From: an uncultured Lachnospiraceae bacterium
GTDB lineage: Bacteria > Bacillota > Clostridia > Lachnospirales > Lachnospiraceae
DNA length: 64,000 nucleotides
Direction of reading: 5' to 3'
NCBI GenBank assembly: GCA_900554925.1
Contig: USJG01000001.1
Span: 21,182 to 85,181 of the forward strand
In this document: positions 9,163 through 19,879 of the stretch, piece after piece
Layout of the letters: each line of letters starts with the position of its first letter
Numbering within the stretch: the first letter of the stretch is position 1
Translations under genes and position numbers: made by a program
Notes under the pieces: model-generated
The model's database searches: none
What the model was told of the DNA's origin: nothing
Seen by the model: only the letters and a program-made list of their open reading frames with translations

Positions 9163-10572
9163 ATGAACCAGAAAAATAAAATTGTAGAGGTATATGGACT
9201 GTGGTTTGCCGATCTGGTGACAATCGTGATTTCCTTCGTCCTGGCAACCTATCTTCGATTTGGTAATTTTAAGGATATGGGAGATAAGGAGATACACTTT
9301 CAGGTGTGTCTTGTTTATCTGCTGTCCTGCACCATTTATACCTTTTTTATTGACTGGAACAGAAACTTCCTGAAACGAAGCATTCAAAAGGAAATCCTTG
9401 AAATATTCAAATACAATGTCATCATGATCCTGGTAGTGCAGACAGTCATGACCTTTTTAAAATGGGCAGATGTTTTCTCACGATTTGTAACCATATATTT
9501 TGCAGTCATTAATGTAATTTTGACATTGGCGGTCCATCTGCTGATAAAGAAAGGAATGCGTCTCCATTACAGCTCTGATCTGTCAAAAATCAAGGTTTTG
9601 GTAATTACGCAAAGGGATATGGCAGAGGAAGTAATAAAAAGGCTGAAAGAGCATCTGGAGATCAATTACCAGATCATAGGAATAGCATGCGGAGAGTGCA
9701 GAGAACATGAAGAAACAGAGGGGATTCCGCTAATACCTATTGGTGAAGGATTCATGGAAAATGTGACACTTATGGCGTTAGATGAAGTGTTTATTTATAC
9801 ACCGGAGTTAAAGCAGACGCAAATACAGTCCATGCTTGGAGGCTTTGATGAGATGGGCGTGAATTGCCATTATTGTCTGGAGCTTCCGGGAATGAATGCA
9901 GAGAGAAGCAAGGTGGACGATTTTGGGGGCTACAGTGTTCTTACTTATACCAGATTTCAGAGCAGCTATAAGCGTCTTTTGATAAAGCGCCTTATGGATA
10001 TTGCAGGGGGATTAGTGGGAATGCTGATCACTCTTGTATTTTTTCCCTTTGTCGCCATTGCAATTAAGCTGGATTCTCCCGGCCCGGTTCTGTTTTCCCA
10101 GGTCAGAATAGGCAGGAATGGGCGCCGGTTTAAGATCTACAAATTCCGTTCCATGTACATTGACGCTGAGGAGCGGAAAAAAGAACTTGAGAAGCAAAAT
10201 GAGATGCAGGGCCTTATGTTTAAGATGGAAAACGACCCGCGTATTACCAGGGTGGGAAAATTTATCAGAAGGACAAGCATTGATGAGCTGCCTCAGTTTT
10301 ATAACGTGGTAAAGGGCGATATGAGTCTGGTGGGGACAAGACCGCCTACTGCAGATGAATTTGAAAAATATAACCAGTATTACAGAAGACGGATCAGCAT
10401 GACGCCGGGGCTTACCGGTTTGTGGCAGGTCAGCGGCCGAAGCGAAATAGAGAATTTTGACGATGTGGTGAAATATGATCTGGAGTATATTGACGGATGG
10501 TCCCTTACCCTGGATGTCAAGATTTTGCTGCGCACTGTGTGGGTAGTGTTTGCAGGCAGGGGCTCCAAATAG
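9163..10572 (+). CDS. Priming polyprenyl-phosphate hexose-1-phosphate transferase (WcaJ/CpsE-like)
   Basis: N-terminal TMs, KRLMDIAG, KFRSMY, DPRITRVGKFIRRTSIDELPQ, PGLTGLWQVSGRS. Confidence 0.93.
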   Translation: MNQKNKIVEVYGLWFADLVTIVISFVLATYLRFGNFKDMGDKEIHFQVCLVYLLSCTIYTFFIDWNRNFLKRSIQKEILEIFKYNVIMILVVQTVMTFLKWADVFSRFVTIYFAVINVILTLAVHLLIKKGMRLHYSSDLSKIKVLVITQRDMAEEVIKRLKEHLEINYQIIGIACGECREHEETEGIPLIPIGEGFMENVTLMALDEVFIYTPELKQTQIQSMLGGFDEMGVNCHYCLELPGMNAERSKVDDFGGYSVLTYTRFQSSYKRLLIKRLMDIAGGLVGMLITLVFFPFVAIAIKLDSPGPVLFSQVRIGRNGRRFKIYKFRSMYIDAEERKKELEKQNEMQGLMFKMENDPRITRVGKFIRRTSIDELPQFYNVVKGDMSLVGTRPPTADEFEKYNQYYRRRISMTPGLTGLWQVSGRSEIENFDDVVKYDLEYIDGWSLTLDVKILLRTVWVVFAGRGSK

Positions 10573-10623
10573 CAGATTTTCTGCATATTCAGAGGGCACA
10601 GTTGTTGGAGGGTAGATACTAAG

Positions 10624-11712
10624 ATGCAGAAAAAAGCGCAGGACAAAATAAAGGTATTGATGATTGGGCCAGCCAGAAGCGTTCATGGCGGTGTGTCAGC
10701 AGTAGTTAACAACTACTACGCAGCCGGACTGGATCAGCAGGTGAAATTGAAATATATAGGGACGATGGTCGATGGAAGCAAGGGGCGCAAGCTGGTGCAG
10801 GCAATGGCCGCCTATTTCAGATTCCTTTTTACGTTTCCATTTTATGACATTTTGCATGTCAACATGGCGCCTGACGCCAGCTGCTACCGGAAGAAGATTT
10901 TTATTGACACCGCCGGACTATTTGGGAAAAAAATCATTATTCATGAGCATGGCGGGGATTTTGAAGGCTTTTATTATGAAAGATGCAGCGAAAGGCAGCG
11001 TGCAGGCATAAAAAAAACCTTAAACCGGGCAGAGATATTTCTGGTATTGTCTGAAAGCTGGAAAGAATTTTTTTCGGCAATTGTAGCTGCCAATAAAATT
11101 CATGTGCTTCAGAATGGAATTTTGATTCCAGCGAAAGCAAAGACAGATTACAGCAGCCACAGGGTTCTTTTTTTGGGGCGGCTTTGTAAGGAAAAGGGAA
11201 TTGGAGAACTTTTGGAAGCAGTGCCCCTTATAAGAAAACAGATTCCTGATTTTCAGTTGGTTTTAGGAGGCCTGTGGGAGGAGGGCAGCGATTCCTTAAA
11301 GGAGAAAGCCGAAACGCTTTCACAGTGGGTTTCATGTCCGGGATGGGTTTCTTCCGCAGAGAGAGAAAAGCTGATGGAAGAGTGCAGCATTTTTGTGCTG
11401 CCTACCTGGTTTGAGGGACAACCTGTTTCTTTGCTTGAAGCAATGGCAAAAGGAATGTGCGTGGCGGCTTCGGCAGTTGGAGGAATCCCACAGATTATGG
11501 GAAACCAGAAGGAACAGACAGGGGTACTTTTGCCCCCTGAAAATGCGGATACCCTTGCAGATGCGTTGATCGAACTGCTCAAAGATGAAAAACGACGCAG
11601 AGTGATGGGAGAGCATGCCCGTGAGAGAATGGCTGACCGTTATGATATTAACAATCATGTGAAAATCCTGTTCAGTTATTATAAAATATTAAAGGATGAC
11701 AAAATTGAGTGA
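10624..11712 (+). CDS. GT4 glycosyltransferase
   Basis: FLGRLCKEKG, EGQPVSLLEAMA, VGGIPQ. Confidence 0.9.
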   Translation: MQKKAQDKIKVLMIGPARSVHGGVSAVVNNYYAAGLDQQVKLKYIGTMVDGSKGRKLVQAMAAYFRFLFTFPFYDILHVNMAPDASCYRKKIFIDTAGLFGKKIIIHEHGGDFEGFYYERCSERQRAGIKKTLNRAEIFLVLSESWKEFFSAIVAANKIHVLQNGILIPAKAKTDYSSHRVLFLGRLCKEKGIGELLEAVPLIRKQIPDFQLVLGGLWEEGSDSLKEKAETLSQWVSCPGWVSSAEREKLMEECSIFVLPTWFEGQPVSLLEAMAKGMCVAASAVGGIPQIMGNQKEQTGVLLPPENADTLADALIELLKDEKRRRVMGEHARERMADRYDINNHVKILFSYYKILKDDKIE

Positions 11713-12760
11713 TAAAAAAGCTGCTGGAACAGAAAAATATAAAATAAGCATTATAGTTCCCGTATACAATGCGGAAGCATATCTTAAGGACAGTATTGAA
11801 AGTTTGATGAATCAGACTTACAGAAACCTGGAAATTATATTAGTTAATGACGGTTCCAGGGATGGAAGCGGACGTATCTGTGATGAACTGGCTAAGCGGG
11901 ATGAAAGGATCCGGGTGATTCACAAAGAAAATGAAGGTGTTACCTCTACATGGACAAGAGGCGCTCTTGAAGCTACCGGTGAATATCTTAATTTTATGGA
12001 CAGCGATGACTGGGTGGATCCCGAGATGATAGAGGATATGCAGTCTCACTTAACCGGTATATGCAAGGAAATCATTACCTGTGATTATGTGATTGAAAAA
12101 GGAAAAAGGGGAAGGCAGTATTCCTGGCAGGGGCTTATGCCGGGAGAGTATACCGGAGAGCTTTTGAAGGAGAAGATCCGCTATCATATATTGGGAGAAG
12201 AAAACAGACGTGTTACCTTTTCCCGCTGCATGAAACTGTATTCCAGGGAGCTGGTTATTAAGAATCTCAAGTTCTGCGACCGGGAGGTAAGAATGGGAGA
12301 TGATTCCCTTATGGTGATACCGGCAGTGCTGGATTGTGAAAGGCTTGTTGTGCTTGACCATAAGGCATATTATCATTACCGATATGTGGAAACCTCCATC
12401 GTGCACGGATATGATAAGGATATGTTTCGCAATATGCAGCTTCTGAAAGCAGCCACAGCCAGAATCGTAGAGGCAAAATATCTGCCGGAAGAGAAAGAAA
12501 TTATGAGAAAGCGGGTTGAGCAGGAATATGTTCATATGCTGCTTTTAGTGCTGAAAAACGAGTCCAGAGGAAATCCGGCAGGCTATCGGAAAAATATCCG
12601 GAAGATATGTAAATTGCAGGAAACCAGACAGATTGTAAAGGAAAACCCTATAGCAGTCAGTGAAAAATCCAATAAGCTGCTGTATGCGGTGCTTAGGCAC
12701 CCTAACCATTTGATGATCAGCCTGCTTCGCCTGGCAATGATTTTATATTACTCCCAATGA
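11696..12760 (+). CDS. GT2 glycosyltransferase
   Basis: ISIIVPVYNAE, VNDGSRD, FMDSDD. Confidence 0.9.
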   Translation: MTKLSDKKAAGTEKYKISIIVPVYNAEAYLKDSIESLMNQTYRNLEIILVNDGSRDGSGRICDELAKRDERIRVIHKENEGVTSTWTRGALEATGEYLNFMDSDDWVDPEMIEDMQSHLTGICKEIITCDYVIEKGKRGRQYSWQGLMPGEYTGELLKEKIRYHILGEENRRVTFSRCMKLYSRELVIKNLKFCDREVRMGDDSLMVIPAVLDCERLVVLDHKAYYHYRYVETSIVHGYDKDMFRNMQLLKAATARIVEAKYLPEEKEIMRKRVEQEYVHMLLLVLKNESRGNPAGYRKNIRKICKLQETRQIVKENPIAVSEKSNKLLYAVLRHPNHLMISLLRLAMILYYSQ

Positions 12761-12773
12761 GAGGAAGTCACAG

Positions 12774-13952
12774 ATGAAAGATGATAAGATAGTGTTATAT
12801 ATGCATGCGGGCAGTGATAATCATGGCTGTGAGGCCATAGCCAATACCCTGATTAAGATGCTCCCTAAGCCGGCAATTCTGGTATCCAGCAGGAAGGCCG
12901 AAGATGAAAAATATTCCCTGCAGCTGCTTTGTGATGAGATAATACAGGAAAAATACATTGAGAAAAATGTATTGATTCATACATGGTACTATCTTTGGAG
13001 AAAGATTTTCCGCGATCCGGAATGCTTTATGCGTTACCGGTATAAAGCAGTGTGTGGAAAGAATATGCACAGACTGAATATCTCCATTGGCGGGGATAAT
13101 TACTGCTACGAAAATATGCTGGAACGGCTGGTCATGAGCAATAGAATGTTTCATAGAGGCGGCGCTAAGACAGTTCTTTATGGCTGCTCCATCGAACCGG
13201 AGGTTTTAAAATCAAAAGAAATTATTGAGGATATGAAACGCTACGATATGATTGTAGCAAGAGAAAGTATTACCTGTGAAGCCTTAAAGGCAGCAGGTGT
13301 AGAACAAAATGTTTTTCTGCATCCTGATCCGGCGTTTTTGCTTGAAACCCAGTGCCTGGCCCTGCCGGAAAACTGGGCGGAGGGAAGGATGATAGGCATA
13401 AATGTCAGCCCCATGATCGTTGAAAACGAAAAGAAATCCGGCATTACCATGGATAATTATAAGGGATTGATTGCCCATATCTTAGAAAACACTGATTTGA
13501 GCGTGGCACTGATTCCCCATGTGGTATGGGAAGGCGGAGATGACAGAAAGCCCATAAGGGAATTATATGAAACATTTTCAGATACCGGACGCATTGTACA
13601 GATCGATGATATGTCAGCGCCTCAGCTTAAGGGATATATTAGCAGATGCCGTATGTTTATCGGGGCCAGGACACATGCCACGATCGCAGCATATTCTTCC
13701 TGCATCCCCACGCTGGTAGTGGGATATTCTGTGAAGGCAAGAGGAATTGCCAGGGATTTGTTTGGGACAGACGAAAAATATGTGCTGCCTGTGCAGAGCC
13801 TTCGGGAGAAAGAGGAATTAATCGCCGGTTTTGAATGGCTGAGGCAAAAGGAGGAAGAGATAAGGCGGCAGTTAAAGAAAATTATGCCGGAATATAAGCA
13901 GCAGGCAGCCAGGGGAGGAGAGCTTCTGAAAGAACTGGCAGCCCAAACCTGA
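12774..13952 (+). CDS. Polysaccharide pyruvyl transferase family protein
   Basis: NHGCEAI, IGGDNY, ARESIT, HPDPAFLL, IGARTHATIAA. Confidence 0.85.
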   Translation: MKDDKIVLYMHAGSDNHGCEAIANTLIKMLPKPAILVSSRKAEDEKYSLQLLCDEIIQEKYIEKNVLIHTWYYLWRKIFRDPECFMRYRYKAVCGKNMHRLNISIGGDNYCYENMLERLVMSNRMFHRGGAKTVLYGCSIEPEVLKSKEIIEDMKRYDMIVARESITCEALKAAGVEQNVFLHPDPAFLLETQCLALPENWAEGRMIGINVSPMIVENEKKSGITMDNYKGLIAHILENTDLSVALIPHVVWEGGDDRKPIRELYETFSDTGRIVQIDDMSAPQLKGYISRCRMFIGARTHATIAAYSSCIPTLVVGYSVKARGIARDLFGTDEKYVLPVQSLREKEELIAGFEWLRQKEEEIRRQLKKIMPEYKQQAARGGELLKELAAQT

Positions 13953-13972
13953 TTAGTAGGGAGAAATTGAAA

Positions 13973-14977
13973 ATGACGAAAAATAAGGTCAGCGTGATCA
14001 TACCCGTGTATAACGGCGTGGCATGGATCAGAGAATGTATAGACAGCGTGCTTGCTTCGACCTTTCAGAATTTTGAAATTATCGTATTGGACGATCATTC
14101 TGCTGATGGTACCACCGAAGCTGTGGAGAGACTGGCAAAAGAGGATGAGAGAATAAGGCTGATTCTCAGAGACAGCAAGGGGGTTTCAGGAGCGCGCAAT
14201 GAGGGAATTGCGCAAAGTGATGGAGAATATATTACCTTTCTGGATGCGGATGATAAGCTGGATCAGCATATGCTTGAAACCCTTGTGGCATATTTGCAGA
14301 AGGAAGGCAGCGATATGGTATCCTGCGGTTATCACAGGTGGGACGGCAGTTCGAAGGAGGCCATATCGGGAAGCGCCCAAAAGGCGGAGACAGAAGAAAC
14401 AAAGATTACTGTAAGGACAGTTGACAGGGAACACTATTTATCTGATTATCTGCTGCGTCAGCATACCCATTGCTGGGGAGTATTATATAAGCGCTCCGTG
14501 ATTGAAAATGTAGGATTCAGAGAAGATCTGACCATCGGAGAAGATATGATGTTTTTGATGGATCTTCTGCCGGAGCTTGAAAAGATAAGTATTACGGATT
14601 ATAAGGGGTATTACTATAGAATGAACCAGGCGGGGGCAACCTTAAGGGCGTTTGTACCTGCGTATATGGATGAAATTAAAAGCTGGAAGCTGGCGGCAGA
14701 TATGGTAAGGCGGGATTATCCACAGTATCAGCCGCAGATAGAAAGTATTCTGGCAGTATCCGGGATCCTGGTGGCAGGAAAAATAGCCAGACTTTCTTTA
14801 AGAGCCAGGAAAAAATACCACAATTATGTGGAGGAATGCCGCGAAACGGTAAAAAATGCATTAAAGGTGCGGGGAGCAAAGGAAAATCTGCCTTCGGGCT
14901 ATGGAATAAAGACAGCGTTATTTATACATTGTCCGTGGAGCTATTTAAGGCTGTATCACCTGTGGAAGAGCAGATAG
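13973..14977 (+). CDS. GT2 glycosyltransferase
   Basis: VSVIIPVYN, LDDHSAD, GVSGARNEG, FLDADD, IGEDMMF. Confidence 0.9.
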   Translation: MTKNKVSVIIPVYNGVAWIRECIDSVLASTFQNFEIIVLDDHSADGTTEAVERLAKEDERIRLILRDSKGVSGARNEGIAQSDGEYITFLDADDKLDQHMLETLVAYLQKEGSDMVSCGYHRWDGSSKEAISGSAQKAETEETKITVRTVDREHYLSDYLLRQHTHCWGVLYKRSVIENVGFREDLTIGEDMMFLMDLLPELEKISITDYKGYYYRMNQAGATLRAFVPAYMDEIKSWKLAADMVRRDYPQYQPQIESILAVSGILVAGKIARLSLRARKKYHNYVEECRETVKNALKVRGAKENLPSGYGIKTALFIHCPWSYLRLYHLWKSR

Positions 14978-15050
14978 AAAGAAAACATCAATGATAATAT
15001 GCTGGTGGTAATTGCAATACAGGATAAGTAATGAAGGGAGGAATACGGTT

Positions 15051-16112
15051 ATGATAGAAATGGTAAAAGAAGCTGAATATGAATTACTTCATTACCCGAA
15101 GCACAGTTTCGGTTACTATCTGAAAAGAGTAATTAAAACAATTGCCGGGAGAAAGCAGGAGCCGCTTGATAAGATCAACTGGCCCACCGGACTGCTCGCA
15201 AAAAGTCTTGCGGATTATTACATGCAGAATAAAAACTCTGAAGAAGCCAGGGGTATTTTGGAATGTTTAAAAAAGTACTATGACAGGTGGATAAGCAGGG
15301 GCTGCAAAATGTACTGTCTGGATGATGCATACAGCGGCATGGCCCTGATCGACCTGCATCAGATTACCGGCGAAGAGAAATATAAGCAGGCGGCGGAGGC
15401 GATGGCAAAATTCCTTTATAACCATGAAACGGACGCAGCAGGAAGCCTGCCTTACCGCGCAGGACAGAAGAATGGCTATATTTTTGCAGATGGAATCGGA
15501 CTTATGTGCCCTTTCCTGTGCAAGTACGGCAGTACCTATGGCGATATGAATGCCGTTAATCTGGCGGTGACACAGCTTCAGAATTTTATCCATATGGGGA
15601 TGGACGAAAAAACGGGACTTCCTTATCATGGTTATCAGTATGAAAGCGGCGTGAAATACGGTATCATCGGCTGGGGCCGGGCAGTGGGCTGGCTGATGAT
15701 CGGTATGTCCGAGAGCCTTGCCTATATGGAGGAAACCAGACCAGGCTATGATGTGATCAAACAGGCATACAGGCGGCTGGTGGATAAGGTGGAAGCCTAT
15801 CAGTTAGAGGGTGGCCTGTACAACTGGCAGCTTGGGGCCAGGGAAGGCCCTGTAGATACTTCCGCTACCGCAATGATTCTATATTCTATTGCCAGATCTC
15901 TGGATACCAGGGTTCTTATTGGCATTCATAAATCACGGATGATGCGGGGAAGAGAGGCCCTCCTGAGATCTGTCAGAGAAGGAAAAATTTACGGCTGCCT
16001 GGCAGAATGCCATGGATTCAGTATGTATCCCCAGGTTTACGGGGCGTATCCCTGGTCTCTGGGACCGGCCTTGTCATTATTTGTTATGACGGAAGAAAAG
16101 GCAGAACAATAA
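15051..16112 (+). CDS. GH88/GH105 unsaturated glycuronyl hydrolase-like protein
   Basis: NWPTGLL, IFADGIGLMCPFL, GLPYHG, GWGRAVGW, DTSATAMILY; SD GGAGG before ATG 15051. Confidence 0.75.
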   Translation: MIEMVKEAEYELLHYPKHSFGYYLKRVIKTIAGRKQEPLDKINWPTGLLAKSLADYYMQNKNSEEARGILECLKKYYDRWISRGCKMYCLDDAYSGMALIDLHQITGEEKYKQAAEAMAKFLYNHETDAAGSLPYRAGQKNGYIFADGIGLMCPFLCKYGSTYGDMNAVNLAVTQLQNFIHMGMDEKTGLPYHGYQYESGVKYGIIGWGRAVGWLMIGMSESLAYMEETRPGYDVIKQAYRRLVDKVEAYQLEGGLYNWQLGAREGPVDTSATAMILYSIARSLDTRVLIGIHKSRMMRGREALLRSVREGKIYGCLAECHGFSMYPQVYGAYPWSLGPALSLFVMTEEKAEQ

Positions 16113-16126
16113 TAGGGTGGTTTAAA

Positions 16127-17707
16127 ATGAAATATGATAAAAAATGGGAATTAATAACCGTAGTTTTGTTGTCAGCGCTACTGGTGTTTGGAGTCATTGT
16201 TGGTATGGGAACATTGACATGCGGGTGGCATCTGGTAGATGATCATCAGTTTATTAGATGGAACTATCAAATGAACAATGTCGGAGAAAGTTTCTGGCAG
16301 GTTTTAAAAAGAGAAATGGCAATTGACTTGTCAATGAGGTGGCGTCCGGCACACGTGTTTATGCGTGTTTTAGAAGCAAGAATTTTTGGGTTAAATCTGG
16401 TATATTACTCTTTGCTAAAAGCATTTGAAGTGGTGCTTTGCTGTGTATTTTTATATTATTGCGGAAAACAGATGGGTGCAAGCAAGGTTGTTTCCTTTTT
16501 GTTTGCGGTATTATCTATGGTGGGTTATCAGTCTGCAACATGGTGGAAATTGGGAACCCATGAGATACAGTGCACGTTGTTGTTCTCTGCGGGATTTTAT
16601 TGTATGTTAAAGTGGCTGTCTTGGAAGCAAAAGAAGTGGGCGGTGCTTAGTCTTGTATTCTTTATGATAATGAGCAATTTTAAAGAATCTTTTATAGTAT
16701 TGGCACCATTTTTGATTTTGTATGTACTGTATTACGATTTAGAAAACAGAAGGAAGAATGGAGAGGCCAAGCTGGACTGGAGACAATTGTGGTCATCCAT
16801 TAAAAACAACTTAGGTTATCTAAGTATGCTCGTATTAGTTTTCGCTATCCCGCTGACAATGCTGGTGTTTTTTGTTGGTGTCAACAGTTACGGGACGGTA
16901 GGGCTGGACATTTCAAGACCTTTACAGGACTATATTGAAGCGGCGCAAAGAGCACTTGAAACGGATCTTAAGTGGTACAGAAGGTTTGGAACTATATTTG
17001 GGCTAATTCTTCTCACATATTGGGAAGATTTAAAGAAGTTATGGAAAGAGATCCTGTTAGTAATTGCATTCATACTGCCGCAAGTTATTATTTACGGAGA
17101 AACAGGTATTACAGAGAGATATATTCTGCCCTTTTCTATTGGATATGCCTTTTTCTTTGTAATTGTGATTATGAAATGGAAGGTCTTATCCGGTAAAAGA
17201 AAGGGATTATATGTTTTGTGTCTGTTACTTTTGCTGGGTGCACATGGAAGAGCTGCCCTTCGGGAAGCAGATTATTTCCGATATCGTGGTGAAAGCGTAA
17301 CGACTATGCTGGAATCGGTTTTAGAAATGTCAAAAGGAAAAGCACGGGTCTTATCATGTTTAAGACCTAACGAGGAAGGTAATGGAACTATATATTATTG
17401 GATGGCAATCCATGGGTTTGATAATGTCTATTTCTGGACAGAAGAAGAGAAAACAATTGATCAGAAATTTGTTGATAAATGGATATATGTTTATGATAGA
17501 GAAGAGGATGACAGCGTTTGGAAGCTTGAAGATATGGATATTGTAGTAATGTATAATAAAGAGGACAGGCATTGGTGTTATACACCAAGTCTTGATTTGT
17601 CTGATTTTACAGAATTGAAGAGTGGAACATTAAGTATCTATGTAAGAAATAATAGCGATATTGTTCCCGTAGATACAGAAGTAGAAGGTTTGCGTATAAA
17701 CTTTTAG
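16127..17707 (+). CDS. Polytopic membrane protein, probable GT-C-fold glycosyltransferase
   Basis: About 10 hydrophobic segments, early DD motif (WHLVDDH) followed by RWRP, KES and ERYILP, then a soluble C-terminal domain. Confidence 0.55.
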   Translation: MKYDKKWELITVVLLSALLVFGVIVGMGTLTCGWHLVDDHQFIRWNYQMNNVGESFWQVLKREMAIDLSMRWRPAHVFMRVLEARIFGLNLVYYSLLKAFEVVLCCVFLYYCGKQMGASKVVSFLFAVLSMVGYQSATWWKLGTHEIQCTLLFSAGFYCMLKWLSWKQKKWAVLSLVFFMIMSNFKESFIVLAPFLILYVLYYDLENRRKNGEAKLDWRQLWSSIKNNLGYLSMLVLVFAIPLTMLVFFVGVNSYGTVGLDISRPLQDYIEAAQRALETDLKWYRRFGTIFGLILLTYWEDLKKLWKEILLVIAFILPQVIIYGETGITERYILPFSIGYAFFFVIVIMKWKVLSGKRKGLYVLCLLLLLGAHGRAALREADYFRYRGESVTTMLESVLEMSKGKARVLSCLRPNEEGNGTIYYWMAIHGFDNVYFWTEEEKTIDQKFVDKWIYVYDREEDDSVWKLEDMDIVVMYNKEDRHWCYTPSLDLSDFTELKSGTLSIYVRNNSDIVPVDTEVEGLRINF

Positions 17708-17724
17708 CTAACGAGGGTAAATAA

Positions 17725-18624
17725 ATGATTATAGTTCAGGTGGCAGGAGGGCTGGGAAATCAACTTCAGCAATATGCACTATATCAAAAATTTGTAAGTA
17801 TCGGAAAAGAGGCCAGATTGGATTTGTCCTGGTTTTTATCAAAAGATCAAAGGGGAAAGGTTTTAGCGGAAAGAGAACTGGAACTTGCCTATTTTGACCG
17901 GTTGGACTACGAGGCATGTACGCCGGAGGAAAAGGCAAAGCTTATTGGATCGGATAAAATTGCGGGTAAGCTGAAAAGAAAGCTGCTGCCAGGCAGTATC
18001 CGATGGTTTCACGAAAGCAAAATGTATCATCCGGAGCTGTTGGAGATGGAGGATATGTATATCAGCGGCTATTTTGCCTGTGAAAAATATTATGCAGATA
18101 TTCTCCATAGTCTGAGAGAAAAAATTCAATTTCCCCAAAGCACCAATCCCGAAAATCTAAGAATGGCAAAGGAAATGCAGGCACGTGAGTCAGTCAGCGT
18201 GCATATAAGGCGCGGGGATTATCTGGAGGCAGAGAATATAGCTATGTTCGGGAATATCTGTACGGAGGCTTATTATCAGGGGGCTCTTTCCTATATAAGA
18301 GATCGCTGCCAGTCTCCTCATTTTTATATTTTTTCTGACGATGTAGAATATGCGCGGGAGCATTTTGGCGGAGAAGAATATACGGTGATAGATATTAATC
18401 ATGGCAAGGACAGCTTTTATGATATGTGGCTTATGAGCAAGTGCAGGCATAATATCTGCGCTAATTCTACGTTCAGCTTCTGGGGAGCCAGATTAAATCC
18501 TGATGAGAACAAAATAATGATACGCCCTGCCATTCACAAAAACAGTCAGGTTTTTGTAAAGAAAGAGATGGAAGAATTGTGGCCAGGGTGGGTGTTTGCA
18601 GATTCAGCCGGTAAGATCCAGTGA
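17725..18624 (+). CDS. GT11 alpha-1,2-fucosyltransferase
   Basis: GGLGNQLQQYA, VHIRRGDY, ANSTFSFWGA. Confidence 0.9.
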   Translation: MIIVQVAGGLGNQLQQYALYQKFVSIGKEARLDLSWFLSKDQRGKVLAERELELAYFDRLDYEACTPEEKAKLIGSDKIAGKLKRKLLPGSIRWFHESKMYHPELLEMEDMYISGYFACEKYYADILHSLREKIQFPQSTNPENLRMAKEMQARESVSVHIRRGDYLEAENIAMFGNICTEAYYQGALSYIRDRCQSPHFYIFSDDVEYAREHFGGEEYTVIDINHGKDSFYDMWLMSKCRHNICANSTFSFWGARLNPDENKIMIRPAIHKNSQVFVKKEMEELWPGWVFADSAGKIQ

Positions 18625-18669
18625 ATCGGAGCACAATATAGAAAAGGGTAACAGATAGCGGGGAAGGAA

Positions 18670-19878
18670 ATGAAAGAAAGGCAGAGTATATTTTCCAGAA
18701 TTGCACAAAGCTGCTTCTATTTAGGAGTGGTGATAGAGGTACTGTTAGTACTGATCGACAAAAGTGCCTATACGAACCCTGTTGAGGGAAGAATATTTCA
18801 GATTACCTTTTTGCTGTTTTTAGTTAAGGTATGTCTGACCAGGTACACGGGAAGAGAGTATGCGGCAGTTTTTCTGGCTTGTGTGGTGGGAGCCATATCC
18901 TATTTTGTTACGGGGCGAAACGAAGTGATCAGGCTGGTAATGTTTATCGCGGCCTGTAAGGACGTGGATATGAAAAGATGCCTGAAGCTGGTATTTTATA
19001 TGACGTTGACCGGCTGTATGATAATCATTTTGTTGTCAGTGACAGGAATATACGGTGCTGTGTCGCTGACCCAGGAATACAGGTTGGATGGTGTGGAAAC
19101 CAGATATACATTGGGAATGGGGCACCCCAATGCCCTTCAATGCATGGTATGGGCGCTTACAACCCTGGGATTATATCTTTATGGGGAGAAAATGAAATGG
19201 TATCATTATCTGCTGACAATGCTGGTCAATATTTTTTTCTTCCTGTTAACAGATTCAAAGACAGGTCTGTTAGTGACTGTTTTTACTGTAGTAATTGTTT
19301 ATATGACAACAGAGAAAAAACACAAAATGGTTTCCAAATTAGGTGCGGCCATAGGAATTGCTACGACTGCTTTTAGTGTGGGAATATCGGTAGTAATTGC
19401 AGGAAATGCGTATCGTGTTTATAATTATGTATGGAATAATGACAGGACTCCTTTTACACTTTTTCTCGTAAAATTAAATTCATTGCTTACGGGAAGAATT
19501 AGAGTTTTAACGGAAAATGATGGCTTTGAAGGAACAATAGGAACCTGGCGTTTGTTTTCAAGACCGGAGAATAATTATTATTTTGACCTGGGGTGGGTAA
19601 GATTATTCTATTGGTATGGAATCATTCCAGGATGCATTTTTGTGGCAGTAATAATAATATTGATGATTTATTGTTATAAGAAAAAACTGTATCCGGTATT
19701 GGCTCTTATAGCGTCTTTTGCACTTTATAGTGTAATGGAGGCTCATGCTGTTTCGGTTTATCTGGCAAGAAATTATGTTATATTTATAATTGGACAGTAT
19801 TGGGTAAAGCTGATTTCAAAGGAAAAGGCACAGGAATATTATTTATGGGAAATCTTAAAAAACAGAGTGAGGATTTGA
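18670..19878 (+). CDS. wzy: Wzy-type polysaccharide polymerase
   Basis: Multi-TM protein with RYTLGMGHPN, TDSKTG, LLTGRI and YYFDLGWVRLFYWYGI, typical of Firmicute Wzy. Confidence 0.75.
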   Translation: MKERQSIFSRIAQSCFYLGVVIEVLLVLIDKSAYTNPVEGRIFQITFLLFLVKVCLTRYTGREYAAVFLACVVGAISYFVTGRNEVIRLVMFIAACKDVDMKRCLKLVFYMTLTGCMIIILLSVTGIYGAVSLTQEYRLDGVETRYTLGMGHPNALQCMVWALTTLGLYLYGEKMKWYHYLLTMLVNIFFFLLTDSKTGLLVTVFTVVIVYMTTEKKHKMVSKLGAAIGIATTAFSVGISVVIAGNAYRVYNYVWNNDRTPFTLFLVKLNSLLTGRIRVLTENDGFEGTIGTWRLFSRPENNYYFDLGWVRLFYWYGIIPGCIFVAVIIILMIYCYKKKLYPVLALIASFALYSVMEAHAVSVYLARNYVIFIIGQYWVKLISKEKAQEYYLWEILKNRVRI

Positions 19879-19879
19879 A

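Noticed and set aside
10572..10584. Small hairpin GCAGA-TTT-TCTGC after the priming transferase
   Set aside because: A 5-bp stem with no U-tract is too weak for a terminator.
16007..16126. Extended N-terminus of the 16007 ORF (similar over-extensions at 15012, 26129, 27153, 59691, 61758)
   Set aside because: These overlap upstream genes or lack an SD; downstream ATGs with better SD or domain boundaries were chosen.
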